Shown piece by piece: positions 24,201 to 36,200 of a stretch of DNA of 64,000 nt; within the stretch, counting starts at the first letter, position 1, and the number at the start of each line of letters is the position of its first letter. The DNA comes from Raja brachyura (Eukaryota). The position numbers were made by a program, and so were the translations under genes. The DNA is taken from NCBI GenBank assembly GCA_963514005.1, contig OY740827.1, positions 2,852,001-2,916,000 of the forward strand, read 5' to 3'. The notes below the pieces were generated by a model. The model had not been told where the DNA came from and searched no databases. It saw nothing but the letters and a program-made list of their open reading frames with translations.

Positions 24201-27200
24201 TTGATGATGCCTTATTGACAAACCTTATCCCTCCATCCGAGAAGTTGATAATGTTATTGGGAAGTTACTAACAGCATTCCCTGAGTAGAATTTGGTCAAC
24301 TGCATTACCAAAATCTCAAAAAGGGTAAAAACACAAGCTAATACAGCGAGCAGGCCATTTTGTTGGGCCCATGCAATTGCCAAAGGAAGCTTTATTAAAA
24401 TTGTGTTGATGGATTGAGAATGTTCCACAAGCTGTTAAAAACATTTTGGTTCAGCAGCCAGCAGTGATTTTGCAAGCTGATGCAAGTTCTCTCGGATGGG
24501 GTGCTATGGATAATGATACCAGCTGTGGGGGCAGATGGACTGTCCAAGAGGATGTATTTCTCCAAACATATGGTATAAATTATTTGGAGTTACTGGGAGC
24601 ATTTTATGGATTAAAAGCTTATTGTTCTACTATGAAGGATTTGCATGTCCAATTACAAGTAGACAATACCACAGCTGTGGCATATATCAATCACATGAGT
24701 GGAGTAAGATCATTATCATGTGTTCATCTGGGTAACCAGGTGTGGCATTGGTGTATTGGTAAGAATATTCGGGTTTCAGTTATTTATCTCCCAGGGGGAG
24801 ACAATATTGTGGCAGACATAAGATCACAAAAATTTTAAGACAATACAGAATGGATGTTAAATCCAAAAAAAATTCAAGAATATTGTCAGTCGGTTGGAGT
24901 ACCGGACATTGATCTGTTTGCATCTAGATTTAATCACCAATTGCCCAAATACGTGTCTTGGGAACACGATCCAGGGGCAGTAGTGGTGGATGTTTTCTCG
25001 CTACACTGGGGGAATACGTTCTTTTATGCCTTTCCCCCATTCTGTCTGATTGGGCAATGTCTCAAGAAAATAGCGCAAGACACTGCCAAGGGCATTTTGG
25101 TGGTGCCAAATTGGCCTACACAGTCATGGTTCCCGTTGATGCTTAAAATGATTATTGAACCATGTATGATGATTCCTAGTTGCAACAATTGTTGATACAA
25201 CCAGTGACAAAAGAAATTCATCCATTGCAGGATCATATAAATTTGTTAATCTGCAGCTTCTGACCAGACCATTGCAAGAGCTTGGACTGTCGGATAGGAC
25301 CATGGATGTTATAGCTGCAGCTTGGAGAAATAGCACTTAAAAACAATATATGTCGCATATAAAGAAATGGGAAGTCTTCTGTAGACAGTCAAAGATGTCT
25401 TATTATACTGCGAACATATCAAATGTATTGGAGTTCCTTGCTGGGTTGCATTTTGATGAGCACTTAAGTTATAGTGCCATTAATAGTGCTCGTAGTGCTT
25501 TGTCGTCCTATTTAGGACAAATTTCTGATCGAGATTCAATTGGGTCTCACCCATTAAATATCCCGGTTCATGAAAGGAATTTTAATAAAAATCCTCCCAA
25601 GCCCAGTGATACAGAAATTTGGGATGTTAGCATTGTTCTCACTTTGCTTAGGTAATGGACTCCAATTACTTCAATGTCTTTGCAAAGGTTAACATTCAAG
25701 GTAGTAATGTAATGGCATTAGATTCAGCTCAAAAAGTACAAACTTTGCAATTGTTACGGTTAGATTGCATGCATGTGGCTTCAGATAACATTGTGTTTTA
25801 TGTTTATGATCTGACCAAACACAGCAGACCAGGAAAAACTGGAGTCAAGGTAATTTTTAAAGCATATCCTGTCAATGAAACATTGTGGGTAGTTAAGCAT
25901 TTAACTAAATATATTGAAGTTAAGTTTTCATTGTACCATTTTATCATTGAACCACTGCTGACAAATTCATTCACTTGCACTTTGTGTGCAATGTGACGAA
26001 TAAAACTGATTGATTGATTGATTGATTGAAGTAATCAAAATCTCCGAGGTGCTGAGACAGCGTTACTGATAATGCACAAAAAACCACATACAAAAGTTGC
26101 AGTTCAAACCATTTCTAGATGGTTAGAACAGGTTTTGGATTTAGCAGGAGTGGACACTGATGTGTTTAAGTTTCACTCCACTAGGGCTGCAGCTTCGTCC
26201 GCTGCGAAGGTACAGGATGTACCACTCGATAAAATTTTAGAGGCCGCAGGGTGGTGTAAAGAAGAAACTTTTTCAAAGTTCTATGATAAACCTGTTGTCA
26301 CGGTGCCAGGATTTGGACACACAGTGTTGGGTTCGCTTTAAATGCTTGCTTTGTTTTATATTATCGATTTATTGTATCGATTTATATTATCATTTGATAT
26401 CATTATCACTTTTGTTGAAATATTTTCCCCTGGGATAGAATTGTTCTTTTTATGATTAAAAGACTTATTACATAAATTGAAACAATGTTTTAAAAATATT
26501 ATTTACTCACTACTGTATTGACTAAACAGAGTGTCGTATGGAATGAATCTACGACATAAAAAACACAGAGCTTTAAAATCTTCACGTAGTCACTCACGTG
26601 ACTCCGAAGCAAAATAGTAAGATTAAACAAGAACTTACCTGTTCGAAGTTTGATCTTTATTTTATGAGGAGTTACGATGAGGGATTACGTGCCCTCCGCT
26701 CCCAACCCTCATAATATAAATGATCATCTGGTAGTTCTAGTCTATGTTGAGCCTTACTATCTTACTCCGGCTATTGGTTCTGTGTTTTTCATGCCGCTGC
26801 TTTGAAGTATGCCGATCAAGCGCCAGGTGGGCTTCGTCACGTAATCCCTCATCGTAACTCCTCATAAAATAAAGATCAAACTTCGAACAGGTAAGTTCTC
26901 GTTTAATCTTACTATTCTGCTCCCATCACTTATGAACATCGTGGGTCAGTCTCAGTGGGCAAAGTGGGATATGATGGAGAGATTCAGTGTGTTGAGGGGG
27001 GTCAGTATCCTGGGGGACAGGGGGTGGGGACGGTGATGTGGGTTTGGTGGACAGGAGTGGGGGGGGGGGGGGTGGTTGGTGGCCGACACTGGGAGGGGGA
27101 GAGTTTAGTTCAGTTTAGCTTATTGTCACAAGTACCGATGTATGGTGAAAAGCTTTTATTGCATGTTAACCAGTCAGCGGAAAGACAACACATGATTACA

Positions 27201-30200
27201 ATCGAGCCATTTACGGTGTAGAGACGCATGATAAGGGAATAACATTTAGTGCAAGGTGAAGCCAGCAAAGATAGTCCGAGGGGCACCAATGAGGTAGATA
27301 TTAGTTCAGGACCGCTCTCTGGTTGTGGAAGGATGGTTCAGTTGCCTGACAGCAGCTGGGAAGAAACTGTCCCTGAATCTGGAAGTGTGTGTTTCTACAC
27401 TTTTGTACCTCTTGCCTGATGGGAGAGGGGAGAAGAGGGAGTGGCCGGGGTACGACTGGTGCTTGATGATGCTGCTGGCGTTGCCGAGGCAGCGTGAGGT
27501 GTAAATGGCCGAGGTCATGGAGTTAGTATCCATGGGGCAGTGCTAGTGTGGGGGGGACAACAAGGAGACAAACGCTGATCTGCCTCTTTGCCACAACAGT
27601 ACCAACCTGATAGGGGGACTCCACTGGCCCATCTTCAACTTTCTGTTCCATCCGCTGCATCACAGAACTTTCTGGAAGACATAATTTCATTCAGACCACA
27701 CACTTTCCTCTTTGCCTCAGTCTCCTTTCTCTCATTCTTCGGAAATTCCTTCATTCATCCTTCTCTCTCCCTCTCACTCTTCCACATTCCTTTCGTCATT
27801 CATTCTCCGTACACATCTTACTCATTCAACCTCTTTCACACCAGCACGCCTCAATCTCTCCCTCCCTCCCTCCCTTCCTCACACATTCATTCTCTGACAC
27901 ACACCTTCCATTTCCCTATTTCTCCTCCCTTCCATATCTTTTGAGGATAAGGGGGAAATCCTTTAGGACCGAGATGAGAAGGACTTTTTTCACACAGAGA
28001 GTGGTAGGTCACTGGAACTCTGCCACAGAGGGTAGTTGAGGCCAGTTCATTGGCTATATTTAAGAGGGAGTTAGATGTGGCCCTTGTGGCTAAGGGGATC
28101 AGAGGGTATGGAGAGAAGGCAGGTACGGGATACTGAGTTGGATGATCAGCCATGATCATATTGAATGGCGGTGCAGGCTCGAAGGGCTGAATGGCCTACT
28201 CCTGCACCTAATTTCTATGTCTATGTTTCTATCTTTTCCCATTCATTAGTACTGGTGTCAGTGGTTATGGGGAGAAGGCAGGAGAATGGGGTTAGGAGGA
28301 AGAGATAGATTAGCCATGATCGAATGGCGGAGTAAATTTGATGGGCCGAATGGCCTAATACTCCTCCTATCACATGACTTCACCCTTTCTCCCACTGTAA
28401 ATGTCCTCGGATCATCTCTCTGGGAAGGGGTTTGGCTCGACTGAAACTGTGGAGGGGTAATTCTTGTGACCTATTGATACATGGAAGTGAATGGGAAAAG
28501 GATGGGGTGTATGAGGAGTGTAGGGAGTGGGGAGAGAGTGGGAGGGAGTTTCAGTCTATTGGGTGTGTGGGGAGAGGGAGCGAATGGGGAGGGAATTGTG
28601 GTGTATTAGGAGTGTGGAGGGAGGGAATGAGGAAGGGTTTGGGTTGATGGGGTGTGTGGGCAGAGGGAGAGGTTGTGGAGCTGTGGGTGGTGACAGGGAA
28701 TGGGGAGGAGGATGGGTCCATTGGGAGTGTGGACAGTGAGAGGGAATGGGATTGTGAGCGGCACTGAGATTGTTCCCAGATTATGTAGTTTTTGCTGATG
28801 TAGATGAGGTATAAATATCAGCTCAAGGATGCTTGGAAAATCTGCCCTGCCTCTCTTTTCAAACACGGTGGTGGCAGTGGGGCGGGTGGGGATGTTATGT
28901 TTTGGAGAGGGCCCTGTTTTAAGGTTGATGCTGTGTGTACCTCCTCTCCCTCTCCCTCTCTCTACCTCGCCCCTCTCCCTCTCTCTATCTCGCCCCTCTC
29001 CCTCTCCCTCTCTCTCCCTCTCCCTCGTGAATAAATGGCAGTGAAGACATTCAGACAATTTCCAGATCATCTCGCACCTCGCTTGTTGCGACAACGCGCT
29101 GCCCAGAAGATTGCGGTGGTGATGACGGAGACAGTAACGACACCAAGGACGACGGCAAGAACGATCACGGCCACGACGTATTTCCCAGTCCTGTCCCGGC
29201 CATTTACTGAGGGGTGGAGAGAGGAGTCAGTGAGAGCCCAGACACGACAACTTAACCCCAAGTCCAGCCCAGACAGAGCAGCGAAAGAGATTCTGCAGCA
29301 CGCACCACTGCATTGGATTACACTGGAATTACAGAACGGAAACAGGCCATTCGACCCATCTTGTCCTGCTGACCCTACTTTCCTCATCTATCAGAATGTT
29401 CTACCTCCCTCTAAATCTACTTCTACTGTGGCCTCAACGCGCCCTGAGGGCAGTGAGGTCCACCACTCACCTCTCTCTGAGCAAAGGCTTGTCCCTCTGA
29501 GGTCCCAACGGCTGTTTATTGCTGATGGCCTCCACTCCTGCTCTTCCCCACAGCCATTCCATCCTCACCCTTCATTGTTTCAGTCGTGGAGTAGTACAGC
29601 ACGATAGAGGCCCTTCGGCCCAACCCGTCCAATCCAACCAAGACGTCCGATCTAGGTCCCATTTGCCCATATTTGGCCCATATCTCTCTGAACCTCTCCT
29701 ATCCATGTATCTGTCCAAATGTTGTTATTGTACCAACTTCAACTACACCCTCTGGCAGTTCGTTCCCAAATACCAACCACACTTTGTGTGAAAAAAGTTG
29801 CCCCTCAGTTTCCTATTAAATCATTCCCCTCTGCCTTCTAGTTCTCGATTACCAAATCCTTGGGAAAAAAACAACTGTGCATTCACCCTATCTATTCCTC
29901 TCATGATTATATTCACCACGAAAAGATCACCCACCCCTCAGTCTCCTGTGCTCCAGAATAAAGTTTGTGTCTGCCCAACCTCTCCCTATTGCTCAATCCC
30001 GCAGGTCCTAGTAGCATCTTTGAAAATCTGCTCTGCACTCTTTCCAGCTTAATAGCATATTTTCTGTAGCAGGGTGACCAAAACTGAACTGTCAAAACGC
30101 AAAGTGGAGGAACAGCATCTCATATTTTACTTGGGTAGCTTACAACCCAGTGGTATGAATATTGATGTCTCTAATTTCAAATAGCCCCGGCATTCCCTCT

Positions 30201-33200
30201 TGCTCTATCCCTCCCCCACCCAAGTCTCACCAGCTTCTCGTTTTCACCCAACAAACAGCTAACAATGGCCTGTTTCCTCTATCCTTACTTTTTTGCATAT
30301 CTTTCATTCATTTTTATCTCTTTTTTTTGTCAATTTTTTAAAATTAGAAGTAACTACATAATAAAAAGTAATTTGTTCATCGTAGACATAATAAAAAGCA
30401 TTTTGTTCATTGTAGATATACATTATCAATATTATTTTCATTAACAATTGCATAGTAATTGTACTTCTATATATTTTTTCCTGTTTTTATAAAGATAGAA
30501 ATTAATAGAGAGAGAGTAAACAAAAAAGAGGAGGAAAAGTTGAGAAAGAATGGAGTGTTCAATAGATTATGCATTGTTGGAGATGTAATTGTTCTTTATT
30601 TCTTTACAGGTATGTCATCCACTACATCTCTCGTCTCCCTTTCCCCTGACTCTCAGTCTGAAGAAGGGATTCGACCCAAAATGTCACCTATTCCTTTTCT
30701 CCAGAGATGCTGCCTGTCCCGCTGAGTTACTCCAGATTTTTGTGTCTATCTACAAATACTCCAAGTGTGGCCTCACCAATGTACAGCGACGCCCCCCCCC
30801 CCCCCCCCCCCCCCTCAGTTGTTGGTCCCAGAACAGCTCATATCTTCACCAACCACTATATTTCCTTGCTCCCCTCTCCCCCTTCACCCGGCTTAACCCC
30901 CAGCACGTCAGTGCAGACGGCAATGGCTCTGTTGTAAATGGTGTCTTCAAGGAGGTGGCGATGGAAGACAGAGAGACTCCCATTTCATCAGCACCTTTCA
31001 CCATCCCAAAGTTCTGCCCAACCAAGTTGTCCATTTGTCGACTGGTCACAATTGTAATGTGGGAAATGTGGCAGCCAGTCTGAGCGCAGCAAGTCCCACA
31101 AAAACCAATGTGACAATGACCCAGATCATCTGTTGAAGTCACATGAGATGAGGGGTAAGCATTGTCCCCAGGACACTGGGATGAACTCCCTGCACTGGCC
31201 GTGGGGTCTTTAACCCACTTGAGTGAGGAGGTGGACCTTCATCAGATTGATCTGGAGAGGTCGAGGGAGGGAATTCCCGGGTTTGGGAGTCTGGACAGTG
31301 AGCGGAAATTTGGCATTTCTCCAAAAGTAACCAATCTACATCTTTCCTTGCAAGAATAAAAGTGAAACACATCTACAATAAAGTGATATATATGTATAAG
31401 CACGTTACTAGATGCTGACTGATTAATAATGTAACCAAAACGCTAATAGCGCATACAGGGAAGTACTGATGGTTCAAGCCTAATGCCCGTATCTAAGGGG
31501 CGGCCTACAACCCCGTCCCGCATGCGTACGGTACAGATCCGCATCTCCTCCTGCCAGTACCGCCATTCAATATGATCATGGCTGCTCAACCAAAATCAGT
31601 ACTCCGGTCATGCTTTCTCCCCATCTCCCTTAATTTTGTTAACTGTAAGAGCTATATCACACTCTCTCTTGAAACATCATTGAAAGGGCGCACCACCAGA
31701 CCCAGGAACAGCTTCTTCCCCTCTGTGATCGGCCACTGCACGGTCCTTCCATAAAGCTTGGGTACTGTCTGATTCACGTGGTCTCCAATGTAGACATTGG
31801 ACTTTGTCTGTGGAATTATTGCGATACAATGCAGAGAACTATATTCTGCGCTCTGCATCTTCCCCTTTGCTCTGCCTGTTGTCTTTGTTTGGCTTGATTG
31901 CATTTAGATATAGTATTTGATTGGATAGCATCCAAACCAGAGCGTCTCACTGTACCTTGGTACACATGGCAATAATAAACCGAAGCCTGAACTTCACATG
32001 AATGGATAGCGTTCCCACAGAAGCGTTCTCACCTTCCACCCACAGATACACCTTGAACATGGCTTTCCTCCCCCTCCCTCTCCCAGAGAGATGTCCTCAC
32101 CTTCCATCAACACCGTCAACATGGCTTCCCCGTGGCGGTTTCGGACTAAGCACAAGGCCGTCACGTCCTCCCCTTCCTCACCCCTTCTCAGGGTCAGGGT
32201 GCCATTCACCAGATGCCCGCCTGCCACCTGCCAGGTGTGGAAACGGCCGTGGGATTGGTTCCCGCTGAGATGGGCGAGGGGGAGGCGCCAGGTTAGCTCT
32301 CCGGGTGGGTTGCTCCTGGCTGCACAAACGCAGGTGACACTCTCAAGTATCCGAGAGCATCCTGATTCCTGAGAAATCTCCGGCGCATCTGGAGAGGGAG
32401 GAACAATACACAAGAGATGCTGTAGCAACAATACAACTGGGCGGCACGGTGGCACAGCGGTAGAGTTACTGCCTCACAGCGCCAGAGACCTGGGTTCAAT
32501 ACCGACTATGCGTGCTGTCTGTACAGATTTGTACATTATCCCCGTGACCTGTGTGGACTTTCTCTGAGAACTTCAGTTTCCTCACGCACTTCAAAGACGT
32601 GCGGTTTTGTAGGTTAATTGGCTTTGGTATAAGTGTAAATTGTCCCTAGTGCGTATATGATAGTGCTAATGTGCAGGAATCGCTGGTCGGTGGACCAAAG
32701 GGCCTGTTTCTGTGCTCTATCTGTAAACGACACAAAAACTAAGCTCACTGTAAGAAAACAACGTAACCCTGAACCTATCAGCAGCATCGGACTATCTCAG
32801 CACTATCTCCCCAAATCTTCCCATCTCCACCCCTTTCCCCTTTCCTCAGAGCTCTTTCCCTCCGCAACTCCCTGAACAACTCATCCCTTCCCACCCATTC
32901 ACCCCCTCCCTGGGTACCTTCCCCTGCAACCGCAGGTGACGCAACAACAGTCCCTATAACTCCCTCCTCGATTTGTCCCAGGACCCCGTCAATCTTTTCA
33001 AATGAGGCAAAGGTTCACTTACCCCTCTTCCAACCTAATCTACTGTATCCACTGTTCCAGGTGTGGAATCCTGTATATTGGCGAAACCAAGCGTAGGCTT
33101 GACGATCGTTTCGCTGAACACCTCTGCTCAGTCTGCCTAAACCTACCTGATCTCCCGGTTGCTAAACACTTTAACTCCCCCTCCCATTCCCATACTGACC

Positions 33201-36200
33201 TTTCTGGCCTGGGCCTTCTCCATTGTCAGAGTGAGGCCCAGTACTAATTGGAGAAACAGCACCTCATATTTTGGTTGGGCAGCTTATACCCAAACGGTAT
33301 GAACATTGACTACTCTAACATCAAGTAACCCTTGCTTTCTCCGTCTCTCTCAAACCCTCCCTCTTCCCAGTTCTCCGACCAGTCATAATGTCTCCAACCA
33401 CATTTTGTCTCTGTTTGCTTTGTTGTTACCTTCTCCCAACTAATAATGATCTACTCTACATTTTCCTTGACCTCCATTCCCTTTTTCCTATTTTCACATC
33501 TCACACTTCCTTATCTATGTATCTCCCTCTCCCCTGACCTCGGTCAGACGAAGGATCTCGACCCGAAAACGTCACCCATTCCTTCTCTCCAGAGATGCTG
33601 CCAGACCTGCTGAGTTACTCCAGCATTTACACCTTCAGTTTAAACAGACATCGGCAGTTTCTTCCTACACTCTTAACCCCAGTTCATTGGAGAACATTCA
33701 ACACTACTCTCCTTTGGGCTGAGCTTTTTCTGTTCCAGTTCAACTATTATCCCATCCATCATTGTTCTGCACAGCTCCCTGTCCCCAGACCATTCAATTA
33801 TCATAAGATCATAAGTGATAGGAGTAGAATTAGTCCATTCGGCCAATAAAGTCTACTCCACCATTCAATCATGGCTGATCTATCTCTCCCTCCGAACCCC
33901 ACTCTCCTGGCTTCTCCCCATAACCCCTGACACCTGTACTAACCAAGAATCTATCTACTGTATCTGTCTTAAATATGTCCACTGACTTGGCCTCCACAGC
34001 CTTCAGTGGCAACTAATTCCACAGATTCACCACACTCTGACTAAAGAAATTCCTCCTCATCCTCCTTCCTAAAAAATGTCCGTTAATTCCGAGACTATGA
34101 CCTCTAGTTCAAGACACTCCCACTAGTGGAAACATCCTCTCCACATCTATTCGATCCAATCTTTTCACGATTCTATACGTTTCAATGAGGTCCCCCTCAT
34201 TCTTCTAAACTCCAGCAAGTACAGGCCCAGTGCCGTCCAACGCTCAGCATATGTTAACCCACTCTTCCCGGGGATCATTCTCGTAACCCTCCGCTGGACC
34301 CCCTCCAGAGCCAGCACATCCTTCCTCTGATATGGGGCCCAAAATTGCTCATACAATGATCAAATTGCAAAATTCCAGCTTCTCACTTTTACCGTAACAT
34401 GGAACTACCGCACAGGAACAGGCCTTTCTGCCCACAATGCCCGTGCTGAACATGATGCCAATATAAACTAATCTCTTCTGCCTGCACATGCTCCACATCC
34501 CTCCATTCCCTGTATATCCATGTGTCTATCTCAAAGCCTCTTAAACATAGAAACATAGAAAATAGATGCAGAAATAGGCCATTTGGCCCTATGAGCCAGC
34601 ACCACCATTCAATATGATCAGTGCTGATCATTCAAAATCAGTTCCCAGTTCCTGCTTTCTCCCCATATCCCTTGATTCTGTTAGGCTTAAGACCTGTATC
34701 TAACTTTCTCTTGCAACATCCAGTGCATAGGTATCCATTGCCTTTTGTGGCAGAGGATTCCACAGATTCACAACTCTCTGGGTGAAAAAGTTTTTCCTCA
34801 TCTCAGTCCTAAATGGCCTACACTTAATTCTTAAACTGTGACCCCTGGTTCTGGACTCCCCCAACATCGGGATCATTTTTCCTGCATCTAGCCTGTCCAA
34901 TTTTACATGTTTCTATTTGATGCCCGCTCATCCTTCTACATCTATAGCTCAGACCCCTTAGTCTTAGCAGCATCCTCATTAATCATCTCTGAACCAGTTC
35001 AAGCTTGACAATATCTTTCCTATAACATGGTGCCCAGACTTTATACGATATTCTAAATGTGGTCTCACCAACGTCTTATACAACTTCAACATGATCACCT
35101 AACTTCTATACTTGATACTCTGACTGATGAAGGCCAGTGTGCCAAAAGCCTTTTTGACCACCCGATCTTCCTGCGACTCGATCTTCAAGGAACCTTGCAG
35201 CTGCACTCCTAGATCCCACTGCTCTTCATCACTCCCCAGAGGCCAACCATTAACTGTGTAGGTCCTGCTCTTGTTAGATATCCCAAAATCCAACATCTCA
35301 CACTTCTCGGTATTAAACTCCACTAGCCATTCCTCAGCACATCTGGCCAATTGATCAAGATCCTGCTGAAAAAGCAGGAACTGGGGTAGTGATTTTAGTA
35401 GATCAGCCATGATCATATTGAATGGCGGTGCTGGCTTGAAGGGCCGAATGGCCAACTCCTGCACCTAATTTCTATGTCTATGTTTCTATCTCTTCCCATT
35501 CATTAGTACTGGTGTCAGTGGTTATGCGGAGAAGGCAGGAGAATGGGGTTAGGAGGAAGAGATAGATTAGCCATGATCGAACCACACTGGTCAACCTGAG
35601 GAGCACCTTCAGCAACAGACTGGTCCCACCAAGATGCAGCACAGAACGCCACAGGAGATCCTTCTTCCCTGTGGCTATCAAACTGTACAACTCCTCCCCC
35701 TTCTGTCCTGGGGTAGACTGAGACTGTCTCCCCTCCCCATCCCCCTCCCATGTAATCTTTGCACATCCCCCAAGCCTCTCCACTCGCCACTTTAATTTCA
35801 TGTTTCATGTATTTTGTGTTTTTATGACTGTTGGCAAATCAATTTCCCTCCTGGGATGAATAAAGTTGTATCATGTCGTGTCGTATTGTAAAACTTGCCC
35901 CGCGCGTATCCTTCACGATTTTCCCCTCACCTTAAAGCTCAGCGCTCTCAAACTTGACATGTGTACCATGGGAAAAAGATTCTGACCGTCTACCTTCTCA
36001 ATGCATCTCATAGTTGTATATATTTCTATCAGGTCTCCGCTCAACCTTTGAACTGGGTTGTGAACCTGTGGAATTCATTGCCACAAACGGCGGTGGAGGC
36101 CAAGTCAGTGGAAATATTTAAGACAGAGATAGATAGATTCTTCATTAGTGCGGGTGGCAGGGGTTATGGGGAGACAGGAGAATCGGGTTAGGAGGGAGAT

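Larger units (their letters stand above)
22068..26916 (+). mobile_element. Full-length, decayed DIRS1-type tyrosine-recombinase retrotransposon
   Basis: Inverted termini, an internal complementary region at ~26581-26691, and gag-like, RT (AYLDDIL), RNase H ([27 protein letters not shown]), methyltransferase-like and YR (FHSTRAAA) segments. Splits a CR1 3' tail without a TSD. Confidence 0.93.

Noticed and set aside
21186-29206. Stand-alone TYROBP (DAP12) gene
   Set aside because: No TM Asp, no extracellular CxC, and no separate leader exon seen between 29206 and 32101; phases fit the upstream Ig exons. No gene symbol assigned.
29035-29607. 190-aa plus-strand ORF
   Set aside because: Antisense to the TM exon and running into repeat remnants; no domain signature.
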